From Camelus dromedarius (lineage: Eukaryota): a stretch of DNA of 64,000 nucleotides. Made by a program: the position numbers and the translations under genes. How positions within the stretch are numbered: the stretch's first letter is position 1; every line of letters starts with the position of its first letter. The notes below the pieces were generated by a model. The model searched no databases. It saw only the letters and a program-made list of their open reading frames with translations, and was not told the DNA's origin. The stretch spans positions 5,580,001-5,644,000 of the forward strand of contig NC_087436.1 of the NCBI RefSeq assembly GCF_036321535.1. The letters are read 5' to 3'. Positions 38,180 to 52,131 of the stretch are shown here, piece by piece.

Positions 38180-40330
38180 TGGTATCAGGGATATGTTACT
38201 GCATAGAATGCCCTCCAAACAACTTAATGGCTTACAAAAACAGCTGCTTCATCTGCATGATCGTGCAGGTGGGCTGGGGCTTCTTCAGCTGGTCTCGCCC
38301 AGGCTCGTGAAGCAGGGTGCATTCCGTTAGTGAGCTCAGTTGGGATGCCCGAGATGGCCGGATCTCTTTCCTCCTGTGGATGTGTGTGTGTGTTTTAAAT
38401 TTCAGTGAGGCCACACTTCAATTCTTCACACACAGCCTTAGAGCAGTGTCCTGAGTGGGCATTTCCCGAATGCGCAGGTGCTTGTGATTCTCCTTGTGTT
38501 ACCTCTTGTGTCAATCAAATCAAGCCACGTGGCCAGAACCTGAGCCCAGGAGGGAGGGACCCACACACCCAGGTGGCTCACAGGAGGGCCCATTCCTGTA
38601 ACTGGCCATCCCAGTCTGCCTTCTGGTCCCAGTGAGTCATGTGAAAAATACACTCACTGCCTTGCAAACCCCTCCGTGTCCCATCCAATCATGGCGTCAT
38701 GCTCAAAGCCCATGACACCACCACCTCCATCAGATCTACGTGTGGTTGCAGCCCTTTGGGGGCAGCCCTTCTTGACCTAGAGAATTGTGAACTAAAATGG
38801 CCATTTCCTCCCTCCTCCCCCTCTGCACACATCTGACCTCAGTGGCGAGAGGGACGGGATAATCTCAATAGCTCAGTTCAGTAGTGGATGACCAAAAGAC
38901 ACACACAAGTTACTGGCCCACAGCCCCGCTGAAACCCTTCAGGCATGGGATTCAGGGCATGGAATCTTCCTTAACTGGGCCCTTCTGCTTCCCTGAAGTT
39001 CCCTTAATTCCCTGCTCTCTGCTGTGCTTGCGTCTGTCTTTTGGGTACTTAGCTCTGTCTTTCCTTTCCTATAAGTAATGGTCCCCTTTGCAGTTGACAG
39101 ATTGCATTCTCAGTCTGTTTATTTCCACAGAAAATCCATTTTGAAGAGTTCCTGTACATTTTAGTCCAAGCTGACTCGACTCCCTTAAGCTTTTGTGAAC
39201 TTTTTGTGGATCTGGTTGGAGTTCACTTCATGCTCCTAGAGCCTCATTCATTTATTTTTCCCAAATAATGTCTTTTTTTCTGACAACATCCTTGACGACC
39301 ATCACTTAACATTCTTAATAGACTCTTGGACTCTCACCAGGAGACAATCTGGCACCACCTTCCATCTTCCTGAGATCTTGACAAGCAGTCTTACAGGCAG
39401 GTCTGTGATTCAGTCTTTACCTTGAGTCCATTTCTCACTTTGCCGGGTGGAGATGCTGGCAACGAGAAAGTTTCCTTTCCATCACAGCGTGTCCTGGCCT
39501 TTCTCGGTTTTCTCTGAATTCTACTTGAACAGTCCTTTCTGCAGCTTTCTGACCAAGACCTTCTTATATGCAACTGCAGGATGCAAACTGATGCGTTCCC
39601 TATTCTGTCTCAGAATGTTCCTACCCGGAATCACAAGTTTATTTGGCACATTTTCAATTTTCCAGTTTGTTGCAAGAGACAGTTTCGCCAGTGTTTTCAC
39701 TAACGGAACACACGGATGTCCATCTCTCTAGTGCCCAGTACCGGCTTTCTGCTGCCTTTTTGGCCTCTGTGAATGATTTGCTTGCCTTTTCTCCAACCTT
39801 CACTCACAGGCTCCTTGCCGGTTTTCCAACCTCCGTCCATTTACTCAGTCCCCAGATCAATGCCAAATCTCCTAGGCTTTTGCTATGGCAGCACGCCACC
39901 TCTAGGGACCAATTGCTGATTCAGTTCCTGCAATAAACCACCCCCACACTTAGCAGCTGCCAGTGACCACTGTGTCCCTCCTGAAGTTCTGCGGGTTGTT
40001 CTGCTGGTCTTGTTTGTGGTCACCCCGGTGGTGATACTCAGCGGGAGGCTGAGTCCGGGCTGAGTCCGCCGGGAAGGCTGAGGTGAGCGAGACTCTCTGC
40101 ACACGGTCTTTGTATCTCCAGGAGTATCAACTGACTGTCTGGGCAGTGTCCCGGGAGGGCCAGCTGGAACGTCGAAGTCCTTGACGCGCCTCTGGTTGCA
40201 TCCTGTTTGCGGATGTGGTCTTGGTTAAAAGAGCCAATCAGTGGAGCACACAGTGTGGAAGGAACTAGCTAAGAGTGTGGCTCCTGGGAGACGCGGTTTA
40301 CCATGGGCACGTGTGCAGCAATCTACCAGG
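38180..40330 (-). mobile_element. MaLR (MLT1-type) provirus: LTR (~38180-38610), internal region, LTR (~39917-40330)
   Basis: Two MLT1-like LTR remnants ('caacttaatggcttacaaaaac', 'accacccccacacttagcagct'); the internal part ends in the typical 'ggcttttgctatggcagcacgccacctctagggaccaatt'. Confidence 0.7.
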
Positions 40331-42415
40331 CGACCTGTATCAACAGGCACCTCTTGTAGTAAACAGTAAGGGGTAGGCCATTCTGAAAGAAGATTCTAGA
40401 AAAAGAGTATTTTCACAGGGAAGCTAGTTTTGAGAAATTGTGAGAACTTAGCAATAGGATTTAGGAAAAGTTTAAGAATGAGGAACATGGTGGTGGTGGG
40501 GGTGCTGACTCGAATTTTCAAGGGCCTGGTGGAAGCTGATGCTCGGATGGTGTGGGGTTAAGAGGAACAGAAAGGAGGCAGATGGAGGCAGAATGGGTAT
40601 CAGGGGCTTGTGTCTTGGGTTTCAGAGGGACGGGGGGATGTGTTTGGATTATGTGCTACTGTAGTCACAGTAATTTTGTCTCAAGGTTGGCTCTGCTTCC
40701 TCCAGAAAGTATATTACTGAAAATTTACCAAAATTCCGAAGAAAATATCGCAGTGACCATCTTTTCCATATGCCTGTGTAGGAACAACACTCAGGGTTTT
40801 TTCTGGCAAAGGGTACCAATCACTGTCAGTAGTGGCCTGGGCCCAGGAAATATGGCTGAGCTGAGACTCAAAAGAAAATGCACTGATTCCACCAAAAGGT
40901 GCTGAAGCAAACGGGGTCAACGGTTTCGCTCACTCACATCCAGTCTGTGTGTGAACCTTAAAGATGCTCTCTGTTGCAACCTCAAATATATGTCAGAAAT
41001 ACTCTGGAAAAGCCAGTGTTACAAAAAATACTTCCTTTTTTCTTTTATTGTGAACAGTGGGTGTTTAGGTGGTTGAAATCTGCAATCTAGATTTCCTATT
41101 CTCCACATAACGAAGCTCCAGGGTCCCAGAATCTCTCCCGAGTTATCGTCAAAAGCACTCAAAGGAAATGCTCTCTTGATTTAATTTTGTTTCTGCACAA
41201 TATAGTGATGACAGCAAAACAGTCTGGGCGCAGCAGCCTCTGCACACCAGCGTGAAGTCCTGGCGGAGGGAGGAGATTGGCGCTGTTATCTGTCTAGGAG
41301 CAGAGGCAAATCTCACTGAATAATCAGAGGCTTAGAATGTTAGCCCACAGTGAAGGCGACAAATAACTCACAAGGGAGATTGCAATGATGAATGTGCTAC
41401 CCTCTGAGGATTAATGTTTTCCTAATACAGGAACTATAAATACATTAATGCCTTTTTCCATTAATTAAATAAACTCTTGATGAGCAAAAACAATTCCTTT
41501 GGTGCAAAAATCCATCTGAACCACCAGCATTGTATGTGCAGGTGATGTGTCTATTTCTTCTTTGACAGTTTGATTGTATGTAGAATGAAACCTACAAGTG
41601 TCTTTAATACTAAGTCCTGTATTCCAGTATTTCCTAAATCTGTGACTTTTGTTTCAGACATATACATTAATTTGCCCTCATGATTTTCAATTTTAATTTT
41701 TGATTTGAAAGTTACTACTTAGTGGGGCTTATTTTGAAGTAAATGAAGACACTCTCACTAGTATTTTTGTAACAGAAAATCAGCCAAATCTTTACTTGCA
41801 AAAGAGAAACAGTAAAATTTGTTTTACTACCCTGGATTATATGATGAAGTCAAAGAGATACTAGATATGGAATTTTTTTCCAGAGCTGAAGGTTTAGAAT
41901 TGTCATTAATTAATCATTAATAACCTAGTTTTTAAGTAATTAATACTCATTCTTGGATGATGCTGGAGTTTTTAATATTGTGGCATCAAATACCAAATTC
42001 ATATTTAGCAAAAGACAGGGAGATTTCTGGAGAAAAGTAGACCTCAGATTTCTCTAATACAAAAGCAACTTGACATTTGTCTTTTGAAGTCTCTGCCAGC
42101 GGAGTGACCCAGAAGTCACTTGACAAGATGTAATTTATAATTCTCAAGAGCAAGTTTGAGAGAAGGTGATGTTACATGAGGAAAACTGGGCCAGCCAGCA
42201 CGCTTAATTAAGTACTCAGCATTTATTTCCTAGCATAGCTTGCTAATGTCTTTATTGAGGAACGAAAAACCAAAAACCTAAAACCAAAAAAATGCTAATT
42301 AGGACATGGCACTGCAAATGTCATTAAACCCTCTCTACTCAGACTTCAGTGGGTTCACATTTGACATGATGTGTTTTGGTCTCTCATCTGATCCCTGGTG
42401 ACTTTAACCAGTTTG

Positions 42416-42430
42416 CATATATGTATATGC

Positions 42431-42480
<50 letters not shown>
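42416..42480. repeat. Compound (TA)n(CA)n(TA)n microsatellite
   Basis: Visible directly. Confidence 0.95.
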
Positions 42481-42509
42481 GCTCTGATCTCCAAAGCATC
42501 TATTATTCA

Positions 42510-45000
42510 TTTAAATCACTTTATGAAATATATCAGACCTACAAAAAGTTATACAACCACATTATAGCAAACATCCTCATACACAGCACCCAGCTCCAGA
42601 AATAAACTGTTACTAATAAGGTTGAAACGCCTCGAGTCCCCTCCCCGGTCACATGCCCTCAGTGCAGTGCTTCACTCAGATGTGATGTTTACCATTTCTG
42701 CACACTTCATTGTATTTTTACCACCCGTAGGTTTATTCTAAAAAGATTACATAGTTTTTTTTAACTTTGTGCAAGCAAATTACCCATCTGCTGTCACTTG
42801 TCTTTCTCTTACCCAATAGTCTATTTTGAGATTTATATTTGTCGTTTTATATGAAAATAATGAAATAAAAAAAATGAAAATATTAGTTTTCACTGCTGTG
42901 CATGACTCCCTGGGATAGACCCCAGCCCTGCTGGCTTACTGAGGATGGTCTGCTGGTTTTGGCAGGACGAACGAGGAACGTTTTACGTCTCGGTGTGCTC
43001 TTGTCTTGCCGTCTCAGGGCAGATGGTGGGGGAGGAGTTACTGCTGGTGTGCCGACCTCTGCCTCTCCGGGGTCTTCTGTTTCATTTTGTCCAACTATTC
43101 CTGTATGATTCCTTGTTTTTATAGATTATCAGCTCTTGGTGTCATCAGAATTTTCCCTTTTGCCAATTTGTAGATACGTAGAGGTACCTCAGTTGGTTTT
43201 AATCAGCATTTCCCCGATTTTCAGGGTGACTGCACATGTTTCAGATAATGTATAAGCTTCCCGTGTCCCTTTGTAAAGGCAATGCTGTTTACATCAGTCT
43301 TCATTTTATATCGCGTTATTTTTCTTTTTCTTAGTGATTTGCAGTTCTTTGTTTAACTAGGATTCGAATCCCTTTTCACTTATATGGCTTGTAGATATCG
43401 TGGCCAATATTATGGTTTGCCTTTTTACTTGCTTTATTGTGTTTTTCTAATAAATTTTTATTTTAAAAAACCTCTTAAAATAGTTGAATTAATCTATATT
43501 TTCCTTTATGATTTTCTGTCTTGCTTCAGAAATCCTTTCCTACAGTTAATTCCTAAAGATATGGTCCTATATTTTCATCTCTGTTTGTTTGTTTGTTTAT
43601 TCATTTATTTTCCCACTGACGTACAGTTACCATGTGTCAATTTCTGGAGTACAAGCCCCGTGTCCCAGTCATGCATATATATGAATGGTTTTATTTATAG
43701 GTTTACTTCTTTTGCCCACCTGGAATGCTTTCTCCGTGTGTGAGACAGAGCTGTAACTTGAGTTTTCCCTTGTAGTCCATCACTTGTCTCCGAAGCTTCT
43801 GACCGAAGATCTCTCCTTTCTCCACTTAGCTGCTGGGTCACTTCCGTTCCAGGGGTTCTCCATGTGTTATCGTGTGAGTTGGTTTCTAAGCTCTGTTCAC
43901 TGAGCTGCTGGTCAGTTAATAGTTAGAAGTGTCTCATATTTTTGGCTCGCTGCTCTTCAGTAGAACTTCTCAAATTAGCTTGTCTAGTTTCATGAAACCA
44001 TCTATCAAAATTTTTATTGGATTTTTTCCCTGTGATTTGGGGCAAGTGAGTTAACCACTGTGATTTTCTCATCAATTAGTTATCAAAATGATGAAAAATT
44101 GTGGTACCTACAGCATGGCCTACTTCTTTTTTTGAAGAGTTAAGTCGGTTAGAACAGTGTCGTGCACAAAGTAAGTGCCTGATAAGAGTTAGCTATTGCT
44201 AAAGATTGTTTTGAAGAGGATTTGACATCTTTATGATACTGAATCTTCTTACCCATAAAAATGGTACATCTTTATATTTTTTCCTTATTATCTTTCAATA
44301 AAGTTCATAATTTTCTACATACGTCTTTTATTAGATTCTATTCTTAGGGACAATTATTTCTATTTTTCAGTGGTTGCATTTCATCATTAACAGGCAATTT
44401 TATTTTAGCAGACAAACCAATATGATTCTAGATTGAAACCCATTTTCTCTCCTAGTTTTGAAAGTATTCCATTACTGTTCCCCAGTGCTCCTTGCTGCAG
44501 TGAGACACCTGCTCTCATAATTCACGCTGCTTTGTAGCAAATCTTTCTTTTTGGATTGGTAACTCTCATTCGTCCCTGTTCTCTGATATACTACAGCTTC
44601 GGTAGGTTTTGTGGAAGTCAGTTTATCAAATTAGGTTTGCCTAAATTTTAAATATATATATTTTTATAAATTCTAGAAAAAATTTAGCCACGTCTTTTAA
44701 ATATTGCCTTTCTCTCCTCCCCTCTATCCTGTCCTGAAACACCTCCAGTCACTCGTGTCACACGACCTACCTCTTTGCTTGCTTTGATGATTCTGAGCGA
44801 TTCTTTCCGCCTTCTAATTTGCTCATTCTTCCCGGGTGACCTAATAGAATGCTTAATCTTTCCATCGGAGTTTTAATTTTAATATTTATATTTATCATCA
44901 TGGAAATCATTTTTCTTCCAAATATAACTCTTTTATAGTCTGTTACTTCTTGCTGATATTTAAAATATCCTCTTTACTGTTAGATACTTAAGATTACTTT
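42510..45000 (-). mobile_element. Fragmented old L1 (L1ME/HAL1-like) with a nested short young L1 end (~43580-43683) and MIR (~44030-44200)
   Basis: 'ttttgccaatttg...ggttttaatcagcatttccccgatt', 'tttgacatctttatgatactgaatctt'; MIR core 'tgtgatttggggcaagtgagttaacc'. Confidence 0.6.
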
Positions 45001-45176
45001 TCATTGCACCTATGAAATGTATTTTTGCTGATTTTTATATGTCTATTCATCCCTGTTGCTGATTGCTTTTTTCTTCTTATGTGTATATATTTTTCTTTTC
45101 TTCTTTTTTTTTTTTTTGGTTAGGTTTTGAGATCATGTTTGAGTCATTCATCTATTGGGACCCCAAGGGTCTTGGG

Positions 45177-45264
45177 TTTTATTATTTAATGGAGGGACTG
45201 GGGATGGGACCCAGGACCTCGTGCATGCTAAGCACATGCTCTACTACTGAGCTGTACCCTCCCC
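45177..45264 (-). mobile_element. tRNA-Ala-derived SINE (vic-1-like), short tail
   Basis: 'ggagggactggggatgggacccaggacctcgtgcatgctaagcacatgctctactactgagct'. Confidence 0.9.
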
Positions 45265-47426
45265 ACTACCAGGATGACTGTACATGTATTTCCATGTTTG
45301 GGTTTTGCCAGGTGTAAACGGGAATACTGACACTGGTGGCTTGTGTGACCTTTGGCTCTGGATTATGAGGGGTGACTTGTTTTCCACCTGGAGGAAAGCC
45401 ACATGAGAGACATTTCTCTGTTTCCTTCCTTCGCTGCCTGACCATTCTTCACTCTTTATCCCAGCCTCTCACCTTAGCTGCAGCCAAAGCCCTTCTCCTT
45501 CCCCGAATGAGCCGTCAGATCCAGGGTTCTCAGTCATCCTGACAAATGCCCATGAGGCAGACAGTCTTCGATTCCCTGCCTACCATTCCGATTTTCTCTC
45601 TATTATTTTGGATGGTTTCTTTCTTGTGGACTCAGCCCTGCATACATAACATATTTAGGAGGAAAAGAAGAGTTTTTCAGACTGTTGAGCCAGCCAGATT
45701 GCTGGAAACAAAAGTCAACCCAATATGCTGTAAGAATACTGAAAAAAGTCCAAATATAACATTAGACATTTTTAGGCTCCCTATTTGAGAATATTAAGAA
45801 GCAAACCATTGCTTTTCCCAATTTTTAATCATTTCTTCTCCTAACATGAGCAGAGTCATGAAGTCCTGTACTTGTAAACGTGAATGTTCTTGAACTTTGA
45901 GAGACGTCTCCAAGAATTTTATCTCTAAATTGGAAGGAACCTTTGAAGTCATCTGGTCTCAGCAACACAGCAAAACAGCAAAACAACAGCCAAACGAAAA
46001 CTAGTTTACGTTTTTAGGTAATTTTCATTTATCAGACACTGTGCCGAGTACTTTAGTTTTCTCTTTAAACTTATTTTTGCCTTTAACTTTATTTTTAAGA
46101 CCTCAGACAAGTGCTCGTCCGACCTCCTGGGACGTCTCTGGGCAGTGTGCCCAGAACTTACCATCAATGGCCACCACGTCCTAGAAATGTTAGGGGATTA
46201 TCTAAAACCCTAGTGGAGAGTGTGTGCTCATCGTCAACTCCGCTCTTTTTACTACAATCCACGTTACCTTGACGGGTGCCCAGAGTGCCCTGCGTCGATC
46301 TTACATATTTCAGAAGATCTTTTTCTAAAAGGGAGGTTATGCCGACTTTTTCTCATTTAACAAAGGATTTAACTTACTGTTAGAAACAAGGTGCATATTT
46401 TCCTTTTAGTCTCTATTGAAACAGGTACTTATTTTTTTCAGTAATGATGTTGAGGAGATTAGGGACATTTTGATGTGTCAAAAGGTCGCCACATTTAGGA
46501 TTTTCTCATATAGCCTTACATTTCTTCACCTCATATGATTTTGAGGAATGTTTTGAGTAAATTTGTGTCTTTTAATTTTAAGTGGGAACTTGGGGGTATG
46601 TCGGAGTGGCAACTGGAACATTGACCAGATATGGAAGGAAAATAGAGCCTGGCTAGCTTGGGGGTGAAATATTGAAAAGCCTCTACTCTAATTTAAATAT
46701 TCATTTTTGATGTTTATCTTTCTCTGCAGCCTCCTTCTGAACCCAGGTGAGAAGTGGCAGAAAGTAAATTGGAATCTGCTCTGACCAATCAAATTTGATT
46801 TATAATCAAGTCATTCTACTTATGACTGGTCTAAAACCTGTCATAAAGAAAGAAGGTCCACCTGAATGTAGACTCTTTTTTAAAAACATAACTGAAATAT
46901 GTTCTTTAAGAATTTCGGAGAATAATGTGGACATAAACAAAGAAGGACTTATATAATTAAAAAATGGCTTAGTACCTGAGCTTTGATGAAAGTAAAGAAA
47001 ACCTGTGTAAGCTTGTCAGTGCCCCCAAGTGTTATATTTTATTTACAAAAATTAAATCCCATGTTACAATAATCTAGAGAGACCAAATTCATAAGACTTT
47101 GCCTAGTTATTGGATGTGACTCTGGTGATTAAAGTAGGCGGAGTCCTGCCATGCCTCATTTCAATTTGTGCTAATTGTAGAAATAGATAAGAAAGTAATA
47201 GTGAAATATACAGTTTTTAAAAAGCCCTGGGTATGAGCTAAATTCATATACAAATGCTAATCTTCATTTAGTTGGTTACCCTAGAACTGTTTTCTTGGGA
47301 CTTGTTATAGAAAAGTTACAGCAAAGATAGAATCTACAAATTATAAATATCTATAGATAAAATTTCTAAGCTGGAAAATTTTGATTTGGAAGCATATCAA
47401 AGGGTAGCCGGTGTGTATGAGTGTGT

Positions 47427-47428
<2 letters not shown>

Positions 47429-47458
<30 letters not shown>
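47429..47458. repeat. (CA)n microsatellite
   Basis: Visible directly. Confidence 0.95.
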
Positions 47459-47460
<2 letters not shown>

Positions 47461-49689
47461 TAGATCCCCATACTAAAAATATATTGTTAGAAAATAGAAA
47501 TTATATGTTAGAAAATAGAATTAGAAAACCCGCAGAATTATTGCTTGGCTAAGTATTTTTCCTCTGCCTTGCAGCACCTGTGGTGTGCTGAATAATTATA
47601 GAACCATATTGATAGTGGCTAAATATTGACTGAATAATTAAGAGGCTGGAGAGATTACTTTCGCTAATTCCTGTTTCACTTAGGACATCTGTCACGACTC
47701 TGGAATTCGTCTTCTCGTTTACTGCAGTGTGTTCCCCATGGTTTCTCGAGTGACATTTTCTAGTTAGTTTCAACGTAGGTGGGTTCAAATCCTTGCTCCA
47801 CCACCACCAGCTGTTGGAACTTGGGAGACGGAACTTCCCAGCCTGTGCATTCTTGGGACGATTAGGTAACTTGATATACATCAGCCCTAAGAGTGCCCGC
47901 CCGGCACTGAATTTTTATCTAAGTCTTGGCTAGGACTTCAAAGAATGATAATCATGACTCACTGTACTTATTTCCAAGACTTCCTTTGTGTTACAATGAA
48001 AGTGTAGATTCTGGCTGCTGAGTGGTGTGAGCTTCACACACAGGACAGCATATCAGTTTACACTAAGGGGGATTTCACCCTATGAAAGATACTGTATCAG
48101 TTTAACAGATAATTTGGCAAAGTTCTAGCAAATCAGCGAATAATTGTGTTTGGTCCTATGCTGGTTTCTGAGTCTTTGAGGGCATGAAATATGTGGCGTA
48201 AAATAAAGTTGTACTTATGCACGCGTGTATAGCTGCTTCATCATTGTTCATATTGTCTTGAATGCTCTGCAGGATTAGCACTCGTAAAACACCAGCCTTG
48301 GCTGGCCACAGCACTGCTTTCCACCACGATACCCCGGAAGGAACGATTTCACAGGAATAAGCTAGCAGTTTTGTGTGCGTCCTGGTTCAGAGGGTATCCC
48401 TTAGCTTACTGCACTTTGGTGCCAGGACTGACTTTGTATCGTTCCCACTGACAGACAATCCACTGTCATCCTTACTGAAGTATGAAATGTACTGTAACTT
48501 TGTTCTTGATACATTTTGACATTGTAACATATTGTTTGATTCCTTGAGGACTGATTTGAGAAGATCTGATTCTCCCAGCTTGTTTGCCCCCCCACGTCAT
48601 CTCCTGGGGACCCTGCAACTCTGGTAGCTCTAACAAAGGCCAGCAGGCAAACTGCGCAGATCAGACGCCAGTAGGGATTTTTGCTTCTGTTTTATTTCTC
48701 CACCACTTGCATTCAATTTCGCCACCTTCCGATTGCCATGTCTTCAGTGGACTCTGTGATTTACATCCAAGGTTACATGTGTTCTCCAGAACAAGACATC
48801 CCCTCATTTGGATATCTTTGAAATGATGGCTATCACTGAAGTCATGTGAGCCTACTTTCAGTAACCACATGCGGCTGAAGTAACTCATGCTGCAAAGCAC
48901 CAGATATATACAATGTCAGTATCATTCCTTGCCATTAGCTATTATTTCCTCATTTCTATTTTTTCAGCTGTGTCTTTCATAGGAATTAAACAGTTACTGC
49001 AATACTAATTTACCCCTCGCCCTCTGCCCTCTTCCAGAATGCCTCTTCTCAGCCGTTCATTTCTTGTGCACCTCCTTTCATCCCTCTGAATAGTTTTGCT
49101 CCAAATTCTGGCCTTTATTAGAGGAGAATTATCGCTTGGCTAATTATTTTTTTCCTTTGCCTTTGTTGCAACTATGGTGTGCTGGGAATAGGGGGTGAAT
49201 AATCACAGAACCATATTGATAATGACTAAATATTGATGTTATGTAAATTGCATTATATTTCCTCCTATTTTTTTTTCATTCTTTATGGGCCACACAGTTA
49301 AGTGAAGAGGAAAGTCGAAACAATCATTCATACAAAATATAGGCTTTTAAAAGGCTATTATGTTATGGAGAAGGAAGAATTATGGACTGTATACAAGAGT
49401 TTCATTATATACAGTGCTGAAATACATCTGATCATTATTCAAATTCTCACTCAATTTTCACTGCATGGAAACCAGATTAATGGTATACTTTTTAATTTAT
49501 TATTATTTGAAGAAATGGAATAGAAATACAAACTAAGAGGAATTGATTTCTCAAGTTAAAATGATCAAGGGTGAGTTGGATAAAATTTTTAGCAAAAAAA
49601 AAGGTTTTTTCCACATAGTAGAATCCAGGAGAATCAGACAAAAGCTCATAGAACTGTTTAAAGACTTAAGTGACATCACTAGTCATAAA

Positions 49690-51400
49690 GGTATCATTTT
49701 AAAGGCAATAGCTTTATTAGGTCCTAGCAATATCTAAAATAAAAAATATGAAGAATAAAATTCTGACAATAGTAATAAAGCTGTAAAATATCTAGGGGTA
49801 AACCTAATAAGAAGTGTGTAAGGTATGAATAAAAGTGTAAAACTTTACTGAAAATCATAAAACAGTTCTCAGTCAACAGAGGTTGGCTATAAAATGGCTG
49901 TTGTAAATGTTAACCTCTGCTAATTAATTTATGTTTCAATCCAAGCCTAACCAAAATTCGGAAAAAAAATGTAAATCAAGAGAGAGGGAAGTTTTGCAAA
50001 ATGACACTGAAAACAATAGTTATTTCAAAAATGCGTGGTAATTAAAACACATTTTCTTCTTCAGAAATAGACCTCAGCTTTTGTCTTTCAGAGGAATTAA
50101 ACAGTTACTGCAATAGAATAGAATAAGATACAAACTAAGGGGAAAGCAATATTTAAATTAAAGGGCTTAAAAAATTGAATATCTATGTGGAAACAAAGTT
50201 GGATTTCTCCTATGCATAAAATCTGAGTATCAATTTTAGAAGAGAGAGTCATAAAAGGATGATTATGAAACCAAACATAAAAATATTTTGGAAATAATTA
50301 GGACGGGAAGTCCTTATTACATGAGACACAAAATCTAGGCGTCACCAGGGAAAAGACTGAGAATTTGGTTACAAGTGTCATTATAAGCGAAGTAAAAGAC
50401 GAAAGAAAAAGGAAGAAAAAACGTGAGTTTAATGTATAAAGAAGATTAAAAATCAAAATTTAAATAGGAATTTAATAAGAAAATATGCAAAATATAGGAA
50501 TAGTTAAAAAGGAAAATATAAATATAGATGCACTTTCTTACTAATATTAATGAAAACCCAAATTTTTCTCTTTCTGGCATCAGGACACCTGTGTGTGACA
50601 CCCCCTCTACCATTTTCTAGAGGTGTTATCTTAGAAAATTACGTAACTCATTTTCAAGTTTTTTCATCTGTAAAATGTGGATGATATTAGAATATTCTGA
50701 ATTTTAAAAGAGCTAATGCATGACAAAGAAAAGCCTAAGGGTAATGCCTTCTACCACAAGGGTTCAAAAATGTAAGTCGCCATTATTAAAGCAACAGTGA
50801 AATGCTGTTTTTACACATTACACGAGTAAGTTAGAGGTTGAAAATATCCACTATAGGTGAAGAACACTTTAAAAAAAAAAGCAAAGAATTTATCTTATTG
50901 TGATGGGAGTGTGGATCGGTACCCTGTCTTTGGGTGGTAATTTGATAGCAAGGATCCATTTTATCAGTATTATGTTTGACCAAGCAATTCCACTTTTAAT
51001 AATCTGTCCTGCAGAAATCTTAGCACAAGTGTCCAAAGACACGTGTACTGACATGTTGCTGCAGCCTTGTTTACAGCTGCAAAAATTTGTGACCATCTAA
51101 ATACCTCAGTCAGAGAATATTAATGCAATGATGATATATCAAAGCCAGGGAATAATAAGTAGTTGTTTAAAGAGTGAACGATGTCTCTACCAGTGTGGCA
51201 ATTTCTGTGTCAGATGTCAAAGCGATTCACAGGACAATTATCCAGTGGTCTCACTGATTGAAAACATGACAAATACAGAAACAGACAAACAAAATCAACC
51301 CTAATTGGAACCACAAGTGTGGAAGTGAGCCCACCAAATGGCTGCTAACCAGGGCGGCCTCTGGGAAAAATGGGGCATGAAGGGAAATTGTAGCCTTTGA
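49690..51400 (+). mobile_element. Old L1 ORF2/3' fragments with a nested MIR (~50600-50790)
   Basis: 'aaatatctaggggtaaacctaa...aaaactttactgaaa', 'tttgaccaagcaattccactttta'. Confidence 0.6.
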
Positions 51401-52131
51401 ATGAATATACGTGTTGTAACTCATTTGTGTTTATTCTTGTTACTTTTGTGTCATAAACATTTAATTTATGTTATTAAGATAAGTGGAAGGGCTGGAACAT
51501 CAGTAAATATGAATCCTCCTGGAGGGAATGCTTTTCACACCATCAGTTCTGTCCTTGCTCCTTTTTTTGATGAAGGTGTATCCAAGCAGCTGGGAGACCC
51601 TTAGGACAACATCCGAGCAGAGCGCCCTGCTCCCTCCCCAAACGCTAGGTCTTGAGGCTGCTGCCAACCCGGGCACCAAGCTGAGTCCACTGTGCTGATA
51701 ATTCCTCCAGGTACTTAGCAGTTTAGGGATTCCCAGAGAGTTTCTAAGTACATCCACATAATGGCTCCTTACATAATATTCAAAAAATGTTTCCCCCTTT
51801 AATAAACCTTTATGAGTGACCACAGAAGTGCTGGGCGTGTAGATAGAAACCCTCTGACTGACCAGCAGGAAGGTCCCATGAAAGCCTCAGGAATGCTGAG
51901 CCTTCAAAAGCAAGAGGGCTGTAGGATCTGATGTGGGAGCATCCATATGAGTAAGGCTATAAAATCAGTCACTTTTTGGCATGCCACTTTAAGAAAAATC
52001 CTTTTAAGTAGAAATCTAATTTTTCAATAAATTTTTTCTATTTAAAAAATTTTTTAAATTAAAAAAATTTTGGTTTTTTAAAAAGCATTTCCATTTTAAA
52101 AGCATTTTTAAAGCATTTTTATGTTGTATTA

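Noticed and set aside
52040..52059. 20-bp perfect palindrome atttaaaaaattttttaaat
   Set aside because: Low-complexity A/T sequence where such palindromes arise easily.
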